64,000 nt of DNA from Planctomycetota bacterium (GTDB taxonomy: Bacteria; Planctomycetota; UBA1135; GCA-002686595), in the NCBI GenBank assembly GCA_036010965.1, contig DASCMO010000144.1:1272-65271 (forward strand). The letters are read 5' to 3'. Below the pieces are notes generated by a model. The model was not told where the DNA came from and ran no database searches. It saw only the letters and a list, made by a program, of their open reading frames with translations. Of this stretch, positions 25,894 through 35,322 are shown piece by piece. Position numbers and translations under genes: made by a program. Every line of letters starts with the position of its first letter. Position 1 is the first letter of the stretch.

Positions 25894-27063
25894 CTAGGCC
25901 GCGCCCAGCCGCGCGTACTCCTGCTCCGCGAAGCGGTCAGTCATGCCGGCCAGGTAGTCGCAGACGGCGCGCGGCAGGCCGACCTCGTCCACCCAGGCCC
26001 CGTACCAGGGCGACATCTGATCGGGAGCGGCGCTGTAGGCCTCGAAGAGGGCTCCCAGGACCTGCCGCGCGTAGACCGAGAACTCGATCAGGAGCGCATG
26101 GCGGTAGACCCGCTCCCACAGGAATGACGAGAGCTCCGCCACCTGTGGGGCGACGCTCGTTCCATAGCCGACCAGCAAGCCTGCGTGGCGGCGGGCCTCC
26201 TCGGGCTCCTCGAGCCCCGCATCATGGATACGCGTGCGCGACGCGTCGATCAGATCGTTGATGCAGGTCTTGATCAGCTGATTGGAGACGCGCTTGACCC
26301 GCAGATTGGCATCCCTCGTGGCGGACAGGAACCCGGGATGCTGGTCCTCGACGAGCTCGTGGGCCGCGCGCCAGAGGCTGACGTGCTCGCGGATTTCCTC
26401 CTCCGTGAACATCCCCGCGTCGATGCCGTCCTCGATGTCGTGCATGTTGTAGGCGGTCGAGTCGGCCAGATCGACGACCTGCGCTTCGAGCCAGGGGTGG
26501 CGCGGCCGCGGCTCGAGCTCTGCGGGCCAGTCGGCGCCCTTCTCGTGCTTGAGCAGCGACACGCGCACCTCGCGCGTCAGGTTCAGTCCGCAGTAGGTCG
26601 GGCTTCGCCGCTCGAGCACATCGACCACGCGCAGCACCTGCGCGTTGTGACGGAATCCGCCGTGGGCTTCCATCAACTCGTTCAGGGCGTCCTCGCCACG
26701 ATGACCGAAGGGCGGGTGCCCGATGTCGTGGGCCAGGGCCAGGGCCTCGCACAGGGGTTCGTTCAAGCCCAGGGCGCTGCCGACGCTGCGGGCGACCTGG
26801 TGGACCTCCAGGCTGTGGGAGAGGCGTGTCCGCTGGTGATCGCCGTGGCGGTTGATGAAGACCTGGGTCTTGTACATCAGGCGCCGGAACGCCGTGCAGT
26901 GCACCAATCGGTCCCGGTCCCGTTCCCAGCAGGTGCGCAGGAGATCCGCGGGTTCGGGGGTCACCCGGCCTGCGGAGCGGGCGCTCTTCATGGCGTAGGG
27001 TGCCAGTTCCCTCTCCTCGCGGGCTTCCTTGGCCTCGCGGTCGTAGGTTCGTTCGTCCATCAT
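25894..27063 (-). CDS. dGTP triphosphohydrolase-like HD-domain protein
   Basis: ERDRDRLVHCTAFRRLMYKTQVF, RLSHSLEVHQVARS, LAHDIGHPPFGH and ADSTAYNMHDIEDG. Confidence 0.9.
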   Translation of the reverse strand: MMDERTYDREAKEAREERELAPYAMKSARSAGRVTPEPADLLRTCWERDRDRLVHCTAFRRLMYKTQVFINRHGDHQRTRLSHSLEVHQVARSVGSALGLNEPLCEALALAHDIGHPPFGHRGEDALNELMEAHGGFRHNAQVLRVVDVLERRSPTYCGLNLTREVRVSLLKHEKGADWPAELEPRPRHPWLEAQVVDLADSTAYNMHDIEDGIDAGMFTEEEIREHVSLWRAAHELVEDQHPGFLSATRDANLRVKRVSNQLIKTCINDLIDASRTRIHDAGLEEPEEARRHAGLLVGYGTSVAPQVAELSSFLWERVYRHALLIEFSVYARQVLGALFEAYSAAPDQMSPWYGAWVDEVGLPRAVCDYLAGMTDRFAEQEYARLGAA

Positions 27064-27153
27064 GCTTCCCTATCCACCCTCTCGACCGGCACTCCGCCGC
27101 ACGGTTTCCGTATACTGTTGACCGCGGTCCGCAGCGACAACACCTTCCGGAAG

Positions 27154-27711
27154 ATGTCCGTACCGAGCCCCATGAGAAGCCAAAACAACGTGTTTGGCGG
27201 CAGAGCCCTCGCGGTCCTCGTCGCCCTCGCTTGCTGCGCCTGCGGCGAGAAGCCCGTCAAGGTCACGGGCCCTTCGCGGACCGCGCCCATGCCGCCGGCC
27301 CCGCTGGAGGAGGTCTCCGACGAACCCCTCTTCGCCGGCGCGGTCATTTTCGAGATGGCCCTCAAGGAAGTCGATACGGGCTACCTGTTCCTCAATATCC
27401 GGCCCACGATCCACGAGCTTCCTCTGCTCTCCCGGCGCTATGAGGTGGCCACGGACACGACCCGCACGGCCAACGGGTACAAGCAGATCGTGTTCGCCCT
27501 TAGCGCGCGCGACAGCATGATGGGCACGGTGGAGATCCCCGCCAAGGTGGTCCTTGAAGCCTGGTACGACCCCGACGGCCTGGTCGAGACCAAGGAAGGG
27601 GTCAGCCGCAAGCCGATGACCGTTCACCGCGGCGACCTCTCCCTCGATGTGCGATTGGACGGCAAGGCGAAGGCCGGCCCGGGCCCCGCCCGCAGGCCGA
27701 GCGGCGTCTAG
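27154..27711 (+). CDS. Lipoprotein, unknown function
   Basis: Track ORF 26185..27711 trimmed to ATG 27154. Signal sequence with a lipobox-like LVALACCACG. No family recognised. Confidence 0.55.
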   Translation: MSVPSPMRSQNNVFGGRALAVLVALACCACGEKPVKVTGPSRTAPMPPAPLEEVSDEPLFAGAVIFEMALKEVDTGYLFLNIRPTIHELPLLSRRYEVATDTTRTANGYKQIVFALSARDSMMGTVEIPAKVVLEAWYDPDGLVETKEGVSRKPMTVHRGDLSLDVRLDGKAKAGPGPARRPSGV

Positions 27712-27767
27712 TCGTCCGTACACAGTCCAGATCCTCGAACTGCACCCACTCCCGACGGAGGCCAGTC

Positions 27768-29015
27768 ATGCCCCACGACGTCGTCTTCAGCCCTCTGGCC
27801 CAAGAACTCGCCGAACTCGCCCGCAAGATCGCGGACGAGTACGTTCGGCCCCTCGCCGCGCGCCACGACAAGGAGCAGACCTACAACAGCGAGGCGGCGC
27901 AGGCGGTGGCGGAGGCGGGTCTGTTCCGGACCTTCATCCCCAAGGAGTACGGCGGCCATGACGCCGGCGTGCTGGCCCTGGCGCGCGTCACCGAGGAGCT
28001 GGCGCGGGCTGACTCGGGGTTCGGCGTGGCCTTCGCCGTCAACGCCCTGGGGTCCTTCCCGATCATCCTGGGCGGCACGGAGGAACAGAAGCAACGCTGG
28101 CTGCCCCAGGTGGCCGCGGGCGAAAAGATGGTCGCCTTCTGCCTGTCGGAGAAGTTCGCTGGGTCGGACGCTCAGGGGCTCTCGGTCACCGCGCGCGAAG
28201 ACGGCGACGACTACGTGATCTGCGGCGAGAAGAAGTGGACCACAAACGGCGGCGTGGCGGACATCTACAGCGTGTTCTGCGTGACGGACTCGAATTCGAA
28301 GTCGCGGCGCATCAGCGCCATCGTCGTGGAGAAGGGGACCCCCGGTTTCTCGGTCGAGAAGGTCGAGGACAAGATGGGGATCCGTTGTGTCCCGGTCGTT
28401 GAGACCCACTTCGACAACGTGCGTGTCCCCAAGGCGAACCTGATCGGCGGGCGGCCGGGTATGGGCTTCAAGCACGCCATGATGACCCTCGACTGCGCGC
28501 GCCCCGGCGTCGCGGCCCAGGCCATCGGGGCGGCCCAGGGCGCTCTGGATCTGGCGCTGGTCTACGCCTGTCGGCGCAAGCAGTTCGGCAAGCCGATCTC
28601 CAGTCACCAGATGGTGCAGCAGATGCTGTCCGACATGGCGATCAAGACCAATGCCGGCCGCTGGCTGGTGTATGCGGCGGCAGCGGGGATCGATGCGGGA
28701 GGCGGGGAGGACGTGAGCAAGATGGCGGCCATGGCCAAGTGCTTCGCCACGGATACGGCGATGGAGGTCGCCACCGACGCCGTTCAGGTCTTCGGCGGGT
28801 ATGGCTTCATGGAGGACTACCCCGTGGCCAAGTTCTTCCGTGACGCGAAGATCCTCCAGATCTACGAGGGCACCAACCAGGTCCAACGACTCGTGGTGGC
28901 GCGCCACCTCGTCCGGGATGCGAGGGCTCTGGGGCACCTCGACGAGTACATCCCGCATGAGGTCCAGCGCACCTACATCGAGGACGACCAGCTCGTCGAG
29001 AACCTGAACACCTAG
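27768..29015 (+). CDS. Acyl-CoA dehydrogenase
   Basis: 415 aa with AFCLSEKFAGSDA, WTTNGG, GFKHAMMTLDCARPGVAAQAIG and QVFGGYGFMEDYPVAKFFRDAKILQIYEGTNQVQ. Confidence 0.92.
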   Translation: MPHDVVFSPLAQELAELARKIADEYVRPLAARHDKEQTYNSEAAQAVAEAGLFRTFIPKEYGGHDAGVLALARVTEELARADSGFGVAFAVNALGSFPIILGGTEEQKQRWLPQVAAGEKMVAFCLSEKFAGSDAQGLSVTAREDGDDYVICGEKKWTTNGGVADIYSVFCVTDSNSKSRRISAIVVEKGTPGFSVEKVEDKMGIRCVPVVETHFDNVRVPKANLIGGRPGMGFKHAMMTLDCARPGVAAQAIGAAQGALDLALVYACRRKQFGKPISSHQMVQQMLSDMAIKTNAGRWLVYAAAAGIDAGGGEDVSKMAAMAKCFATDTAMEVATDAVQVFGGYGFMEDYPVAKFFRDAKILQIYEGTNQVQRLVVARHLVRDARALGHLDEYIPHEVQRTYIEDDQLVENLNT

Positions 29016-29428
29016 CTGACGGCTTCCGGCACCCGCCGTCCCGGCGCAGCCCGGGGCAGTGACTCTCCGATCGTCACGGGTGACGAAAAAGGTCTGCGGG
29101 TCTGTCCAGCTGGCAGCGCGTGATAGAGCGGACGACGGCGGGGGGCCATTCCCCTGCCGCCGCCCCCCCTCGCCCCCCCCGGCGCATCAACGGCTCTTCG
29201 GCTCGCCCGAGGACTGCCTTGACGACCAGAAAACCCGCTGAATCCGGCCTGCTTCACCCGAAGTTTCCCGCTCTTGATGCCTCCGGGCACCCGTCCGACG
29301 CGCCCGATGGCTGGGAACGGCGCGAAGGAAGGAGCGGCGGACGGTCTGTGAGCGACTCACGCGCGACCGGCCTCCCTCCCGCGCCCGCGCTTCCATCTTC
29401 GGAAGGCCCACTTCCTGGAGGTTCACCC

Positions 29429-30568
29429 GTGAAACGCCGATCCGTCACCCACGCCGATCTCGACTGCCTGCTCACGCCGGCCTGCGAGGATCTCGAGACC
29501 TACGACAGGGAATTGGACGCCCTGGTCCGGCACTTCGACGAGCAGGCCCGCGACCTGGAGGTCTCCGACCCTCTCACATGGCGGCGTGCAGTCTCGGGCA
29601 GTGACCGGGCGCGTCGGACGACGATCGAGGAGCAGTTCCGGTTAGAGGTGGAGCGCATCGAGATCCTCGATCGCGATGCTGAGGCTCGGCTGGCGCGCCG
29701 CACCGAGTTCGCTCGCCGACGGCTGGGCACGGCTCTCGAGCGTGAAGGTCTCGAGCCCGCTCTCCCCGGCGTCGGCATCCATCGTCACGGCCTCACCGGC
29801 ACGTGCGCCTTCCCCGCTGCGGTCTGCCGGCGTTGGATAGAACTCCACGCTCTGCGTCAGGAGATGGTCGAACGCAACCTCTACCTGGTCTTGATCAATG
29901 TTGAGCGCTACGCCCGTACGAGGGCGAACCGCATGGACCTGATCCAGGAGGGCTCCGCCGTCCTGTTCCGTGCAGTGGACGGCTTCGACTGGCGGCGCGG
30001 CCTGCTCTTCCGCACCTACGCCGTGCACTGGCTGAACCAGGCCTTTCGCAGTCACCTCTACAACTTCGGGAACACGGTCCGGCTGCCCGTGTACCTCCAG
30101 AAGGCGATGAAGCACGTGCGCGCCGCGGTCGAAGAACTGGGTGGGCACCAGGCCACCGTAGCCGAGGTCGCGCGCGAGACGGAACTGGGTGAGAGCGTCG
30201 TCGCTTCGGCCATGGCGGCGTCGCGCACCACGCACTCCATCGACCTGCGCGTGGGACGCGCCGATGACGAACTCAACGCCCTGCGGGATCTGCTGGGTGA
30301 CGGCGGAGACGGTGATCCCTACGGCCCCGAGATGGAGGAGATCAGCATCCGAAAGGGCGTGGAGATGGCCTTTGACCTGCTCGCGGACCGGGAGCGATTC
30401 GTGATCGAGCGCCGCTTCGGGATCGGGGTCCGCAAGGAGCACACCCTGGCGGAGATCGCGGCCGAGATGGGCGTCAGCCTGGAGCGCGTGCGCCAGATTC
30501 AGATGCGTGCCATCGCCAAGATGAACACGCCGGGGTTGCGCAAGGCGGTCGATCCGTTCCTGCTCTGA
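29429..30568 (+). CDS. Sigma-70 family RNA polymerase sigma factor (divergent RpoD-related)
   Basis: Track ORF 29120..30568 trimmed to GTG 29429, with CTGGAGG about 8 nt upstream. Region 2 DLIQEGSAVLFRAVDGFDWRRGLLFRTYAVHWLNQA and region 4.2 LAEIAAEMGVSLERVRQIQMRAIAKM. The start is uncertain. Confidence 0.8.
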   Translation: MKRRSVTHADLDCLLTPACEDLETYDRELDALVRHFDEQARDLEVSDPLTWRRAVSGSDRARRTTIEEQFRLEVERIEILDRDAEARLARRTEFARRRLGTALEREGLEPALPGVGIHRHGLTGTCAFPAAVCRRWIELHALRQEMVERNLYLVLINVERYARTRANRMDLIQEGSAVLFRAVDGFDWRRGLLFRTYAVHWLNQAFRSHLYNFGNTVRLPVYLQKAMKHVRAAVEELGGHQATVAEVARETELGESVVASAMAASRTTHSIDLRVGRADDELNALRDLLGDGGDGDPYGPEMEEISIRKGVEMAFDLLADRERFVIERRFGIGVRKEHTLAEIAAEMGVSLERVRQIQMRAIAKMNTPGLRKAVDPFLL

Positions 30569-30861
30569 ACGGCGGGGCGCGACGACCGGGAGTCGCGTGC
30601 CAGGCCCGCGTCCTTCACGGACCTTCCCACCGGGGCGCGCGAGAGGCCGGTGGTTGACGCTTCGGTCGGTCGGGCGTCTTCGAAGACCTCACCGGCGCAC
30701 GCTCTCCTGGGGGGCCGGGGTACCGGCGATCGCCCCGCGCCCTCTGGCACCCCGTCTGCCGTCGGAGAATCGGGCCGGAGCAGCGGGGGGGATCTGGCCT
30801 GCCCCAGAGGACGCGGAGGGGGGCGATTTGTTATCTTGCCCGGGAATCGGGATCCCCCGCA

Positions 30862-31851
30862 ATGTCCGTCTGCACCATGCCGGCCACCCCCGCCCCCGAC
30901 CGAGTCAGCGCGCCCGTCCGGTCCGAGCCGACCGGGCGTGAGCGCGCCCCGCGCAAGCCTCCGTGGCTCAAGGTCCCCCTGCCCGGGGGAGAGGGCTACA
31001 CGCGTCTCAAGCGTCTGACCCGCGAGCTCAAGCTGCACACGGTCTGCGAGGAGGCGCGCTGCCCGAACATCGGTGAGTGCTGGTCGGGCGAACAGGCGAC
31101 GATGACCATCATGGTCCTGGGCAGCGAGTGCACACGCCGCTGCCGGTTCTGTGCCGTGGACACCGTCGAGCGAGCAGCCGCGCCCGATCCCGCGGAACCC
31201 GCGCATGTCGGCGAGGCCGTGGCGGTCATGGGTCCGGCCTATGTCGTCATCACCAGCGTCGACCGCGATGATCTTCCCGACGGCGGCGCGGCCCACTACG
31301 CGCTCTGCCTGGAGGAGATTCGCAGGCGCGCACCGGACACCCTCGTCGAGACCCTGATCCCCGACTACACGGGCGAAGATCTGGCGTTGCTGATGAAAGG
31401 GCGCCCCGATGTTCTGGCCCACAATGTGGAGGTGGTCGAGAGGCTCCAGCGCCGCATTCGCGACCCGCGCTGCTCCTTCTCGCGCTCCCTGGAGACCCTG
31501 CGCTCGGCGAAGCGACTGGACCCCGATGTGCTCACCAAGTCCTCTCTGATGCTCGGCCTCGGTGAGCGTGACGGCGAGGTCCGCGAGGCTCTGGAGCGCC
31601 TGCGGGAGGCGGGGGTCGACCTCCTGACCCTCGGTCAGTATCTGCGCCCGACCGCGAACCACGCGCCGGTCCTGCGCTACATAGAACCGGAGCGCTTCGA
31701 GGAGTGGGGGCGAGTCGGCCGCGAACTGGGCTTTGCGAATGTTGCGTCGGGGCCGCTCGTGCGGTCGAGCTACAAGGCGGGCGAGTTCTTCGCTGCGCGG
31801 CTCATCCATGCGCGCCGGCGGCGCGCGCGACCCGCATCGGAGTTGGAGTAG
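30862..31851 (+). CDS. lipA: Lipoyl synthase
   Basis: CEEARCPNIGEC and the radical-SAM motif CTRRCRFC, plus ITSVDRDDL and RSSYKAGE. Confidence 0.95.
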   Translation: MSVCTMPATPAPDRVSAPVRSEPTGRERAPRKPPWLKVPLPGGEGYTRLKRLTRELKLHTVCEEARCPNIGECWSGEQATMTIMVLGSECTRRCRFCAVDTVERAAAPDPAEPAHVGEAVAVMGPAYVVITSVDRDDLPDGGAAHYALCLEEIRRRAPDTLVETLIPDYTGEDLALLMKGRPDVLAHNVEVVERLQRRIRDPRCSFSRSLETLRSAKRLDPDVLTKSSLMLGLGERDGEVREALERLREAGVDLLTLGQYLRPTANHAPVLRYIEPERFEEWGRVGRELGFANVASGPLVRSSYKAGEFFAARLIHARRRRARPASELE

Positions 31852-31856
31852 AGGCC

Positions 31857-32975
31857 ATGGCCGATACCCATACGGTGAGCGTCATCGGACCCGACGGGGA
31901 CACCGGCGGGTATGACTGCGGATTGAGCGACGAGCGACTGCTGCACTGCTACCGAACGATGCTCCGAACGCGCGCCTTCGATGAGATCTGCATGAAGCTG
32001 CAGCGCTCGGGGCGCATCGGCTTCTCCATCCCGAACCTCGGGGTCGAGGCCACGCAGGTCGGCGCGGCGAGCGCTCTCGAGACGACCGACTGGGTGTTCC
32101 CCAGCTACCGGGACTTCGGCATGGCGCTCTACCACGGCGTCGCCCCGCTGGGAATGATGCACAACATGTTCGGGAACGGTCTCGACTCCGCCAAGGGGCG
32201 TCAGATGGCCGTGCACTTCTCCTTCGAGGATCCGATCCATTTCTTCTCGATCTCATCGCCCATCGGCACGCACATCCCCCAGGCCGTAGGAGCTGCCCGT
32301 GCCTTTCAGATGCGCGGCGAGGAGCATGTCTGCCTGGTCAGCTTCGGCGACGGCGGAACATCCAGCCTCGGTTTTCACAGCGGGATGAACTTCGCCGGTG
32401 TGTGGAAGGCTCCCGTCGTCTTCCTGTGCCAGAACAACGGCTGGGCGATCTCCTGCCCGAGCTCCGAGCAGACTGGATCGGAGACCTACGCGGTCAAGGC
32501 CGATGCCTATGGGATGCCTGGGGTGAAGGTGGACGGCAACGACTTGCTGGCCGTTCGCAAGGTCGTCTCGGAGGCCGTCGCCCGCGCGCGCGCGGGGGAG
32601 GGGCCGACTCTGGTGGAAGCGGAGACGTTTCGGATGGGCGGTCACTCCACTTCGGACGATCCAACGCGCTATGTACCGGCCGAGGAACTGGAGGCCTGGA
32701 GCAAGCGCGATCCCGTCGAGTGCTTCGAGGGCTTCCTCGCGCGGCGCGGCTTGTGGAGCGAGGGAGATGGGGAGCGTCTACGTGAGGAGGCGCTCACCGA
32801 GATCGGCGCTGCGGCCAAGATCGCCGAGGCGGAGGTGGCGCCCGGGCTCGAGACGATCTTCAGCGACGTCTACGAGAGCCTGCCCGATCACCTGAGAGCA
32901 CAAGGAGAGGCGGCGTTCGACCTCTCGTGTCGCAAGGGCGAAGCTGCCGCCGGAGACGGGGAGTTTCCCCTGTGA
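31857..32975 (+). CDS. 2-oxoisovalerate (branched-chain 2-oxoacid) dehydrogenase E1 alpha subunit
   Basis: Track ORF trimmed to ATG 31857. ThDP motif GDGGTSSLGFHSGMNFAGVWKAPVVFLCQNNGWAIS and the BCKDH-type loop YRMGGHSTSDDPTRY. Confidence 0.88.
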   Translation: MADTHTVSVIGPDGDTGGYDCGLSDERLLHCYRTMLRTRAFDEICMKLQRSGRIGFSIPNLGVEATQVGAASALETTDWVFPSYRDFGMALYHGVAPLGMMHNMFGNGLDSAKGRQMAVHFSFEDPIHFFSISSPIGTHIPQAVGAARAFQMRGEEHVCLVSFGDGGTSSLGFHSGMNFAGVWKAPVVFLCQNNGWAISCPSSEQTGSETYAVKADAYGMPGVKVDGNDLLAVRKVVSEAVARARAGEGPTLVEAETFRMGGHSTSDDPTRYVPAEELEAWSKRDPVECFEGFLARRGLWSEGDGERLREEALTEIGAAAKIAEAEVAPGLETIFSDVYESLPDHLRAQGEAAFDLSCRKGEAAAGDGEFPL

Positions 32976-33036
32976 GGGCACGCCCCGAGTGCGCCGGCCG
33001 AGAGCACATCCATCGACCCAGGACCGCTGCGATCCA

Positions 33037-34011
33037 ATGGCAACCCTGACCATCGTCCAGGCCGTCAACGACGCCCTGAAGACCATCATGCGCGATGACT
33101 CGTCGGTCATCGTGTTCGGGGAAGATGTCGGCGTGAAGGGCGGCGTCTTCCTCGCCACCGAGGGCCTCACCGCCGAGTTCGGCGCCGAGCGCTGCTTCGA
33201 CACGCCGCTCTCCGAGGACGGGATCATCGGCGCGGCCATCGGGATGGCGATGAACGGCTTGAAGCCGGTGGCGGAGATCCAGTTCCAGGACTTCATCTTC
33301 CCGGGCTTCGACCAGATCGTCTCCGAGGCGGCCAAGCTGCGTTACCGTTCCGGCGGCCAGTACACGGCGCCGATGGTCATCCGTACGCCCTATGGCGGCG
33401 GGATTCGAGGCGGGCTCTATCACAGCCAGTCCGGCGAGGCCTATTTCTGCCACACGCCCGGCTTGAAGGTCGTCGTGCCCTCGACTCCTCACGACGCGAA
33501 GGGCTTGCTGATCGCCTCGATCCTCGATCCTGATCCCGTCCTGTTCCTCGAGCCCAAGGCGCTCTACCGCAGCGTCAAGGGGGAGGTTCCCGAGGGTGTG
33601 TACGAGGTCGAACTCTCCACCCTGCGCGAGGTCCGCGCGGGAGACGATGTCACCGTGTTCTGCTACGGCGCCATGGTTCCCGTCGTCACCAAGGCCGCCG
33701 AGGCGGCCGCCTCCAAGGGCATCGAGTGCCACCTCGTCGATCTGCGCACTCTCCTGCCGCTCGACGAGCAGGGCGTCCTCGAGGCCGCTCGCCGCACGGG
33801 CCGGGTCGTCATCGTCCACGAGGCCCCGCGTTTCTGCGGCTACGGCGCCGAACTCAGCGCGCTGATCGCGGAGAATGTCATCGAGTACATGGAAGCTCCC
33901 ATCAAGCGCGTGACGGGCTTCGACACTCCCTTTCCTAACACGCTCGAACACCACTACCTGCCGGACGAGCGCCGGGTGCTCGACGCGATCGAGCAGGTCC
34001 ACTCCTACTAG
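33037..34011 (+). CDS. 2-oxoacid dehydrogenase E1 beta subunit
   Basis: Trimmed to ATG 33037. Motifs VFGEDVGVKGGVF, FDTPLSEDGIIGAAIGMA and VRTPYGGG. Confidence 0.92.
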   Translation: MATLTIVQAVNDALKTIMRDDSSVIVFGEDVGVKGGVFLATEGLTAEFGAERCFDTPLSEDGIIGAAIGMAMNGLKPVAEIQFQDFIFPGFDQIVSEAAKLRYRSGGQYTAPMVIRTPYGGGIRGGLYHSQSGEAYFCHTPGLKVVVPSTPHDAKGLLIASILDPDPVLFLEPKALYRSVKGEVPEGVYEVELSTLREVRAGDDVTVFCYGAMVPVVTKAAEAAASKGIECHLVDLRTLLPLDEQGVLEAARRTGRVVIVHEAPRFCGYGAELSALIAENVIEYMEAPIKRVTGFDTPFPNTLEHHYLPDERRVLDAIEQVHSY

Positions 34012-34022
34012 GCTGAACAGCG

Positions 34023-35315
34023 ATGGCCATCGAATTCAAACTTCCGGATGTCGGCGAGGGAGTGGCCGAGGGCGAGGTCGTGCAGTGGCTCGTCAGCGAG
34101 GGCGATGCCGTCGAAGAGCATCAGAGCGTCGTCGAGGTGATGACGGACAAGGCGACGGTGGAGATTCCCGCGCCGGCCTCCGGCGTGATCACCGCCTTCC
34201 AGGCCGAAGCCGGCGATGTCGTTCCGGTCGGCGGCGTGCTCTTCATCCTTGAGACGGAAGGTGCCGCGGCTCCCGCGCCGGCTCCCGCCGAGGTCGCCGT
34301 CCAGGCCCCTGCGCCCGCCGCCAAATTGCCCGCCCCCGTTGCCGAGGTGCCGGCACCCGCCCCTGTGGAGTCTGTTTCCGGCGCCGTGTTGACTCCCACG
34401 CCGCCTCCGCCGAGAGCAGCCGGTGCAAAGGCCCTGGCGACCCCCAGCGCCCGGCGCGTCGCGCGCGAGCTGGGCATCGATCTGGTCGATGTCGCAGGCA
34501 CGGGTCGCAACGGCGTGATCCGCCGCGCGGACGTCGAACAGACCCACGCATCGGAGGCGAGCACCGCCGGCGTGTCCACACCCGCCGTGAGTGCGCCGGT
34601 GAGTACCGGCGGAGAGACGCGCGTCCCTTTCCGCGGCGTGCGGCGCAAGATCGCCGAGGCGATGGTCCGTTCGCGAGACACCGCCGCTCACTTCACCGTG
34701 GTGGAGGAGGTGGACGTCACCGATCTGGTCGCCCTGCGCGCGCGCGCCAAGGCCGTCGGCGCCGAGCAAGGCGTCAAGGTCACCTACATGCCCTTCATCA
34801 TGAAGGCCACCGCCATCGCCCTGGCGCGCTTCCCGCAGCTCAACGGCCACCTGGACGAGCAGGCCGGAGAGATCGTTCAGTGTCACTACGTGAACCTCGG
34901 GATCGCGACCGATACCGACAAGGGCCTGATGGTGCCCGTCATCCGCGGCGTCGAGAGCAAGGGCGTGCTCGCTCTGGCCGCCGAGTTGGCCGCGCTGGCC
35001 GAGAGCGCGCGCACCGGGACGATCAGTCCTGACGCCTTCAAGGGGAGCACCTTCTCCATCACCAACGCCGGCAACATCGGCGGCATCCTGGCCACTCCCA
35101 TCATCAACCACCCCGACATCGCGATCCTCGGCGTGCACCGGATCATGAAGCGCCCCGGTGTCGTGGAAGGGGCCGACGGAGACCGTATCGAGGTACGCCA
35201 GTACATGAACTTCTCGACCAGCATCGATCACCGCCTGGCTGACGGAGCCGATGGTGTGCGATTCCTGGTCGCCATCAAGCAGCTCCTTGAGTGCCCGGGA
35301 CTCCTGGCGCTCTGA
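34023..35315 (+). CDS. Dihydrolipoamide acyltransferase (E2), single lipoyl domain
   Basis: Lipoyl site VEVMTDKATVEIPA, Ala/Pro linkers, a subunit-binding segment SARRVARELGIDL, and the catalytic DHRLADGA. Confidence 0.93.
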   Translation: MAIEFKLPDVGEGVAEGEVVQWLVSEGDAVEEHQSVVEVMTDKATVEIPAPASGVITAFQAEAGDVVPVGGVLFILETEGAAAPAPAPAEVAVQAPAPAAKLPAPVAEVPAPAPVESVSGAVLTPTPPPPRAAGAKALATPSARRVARELGIDLVDVAGTGRNGVIRRADVEQTHASEASTAGVSTPAVSAPVSTGGETRVPFRGVRRKIAEAMVRSRDTAAHFTVVEEVDVTDLVALRARAKAVGAEQGVKVTYMPFIMKATAIALARFPQLNGHLDEQAGEIVQCHYVNLGIATDTDKGLMVPVIRGVESKGVLALAAELAALAESARTGTISPDAFKGSTFSITNAGNIGGILATPIINHPDIAILGVHRIMKRPGVVEGADGDRIEVRQYMNFSTSIDHRLADGADGVRFLVAIKQLLECPGLLAL

Positions 35316-35322
35316 TCCGAGC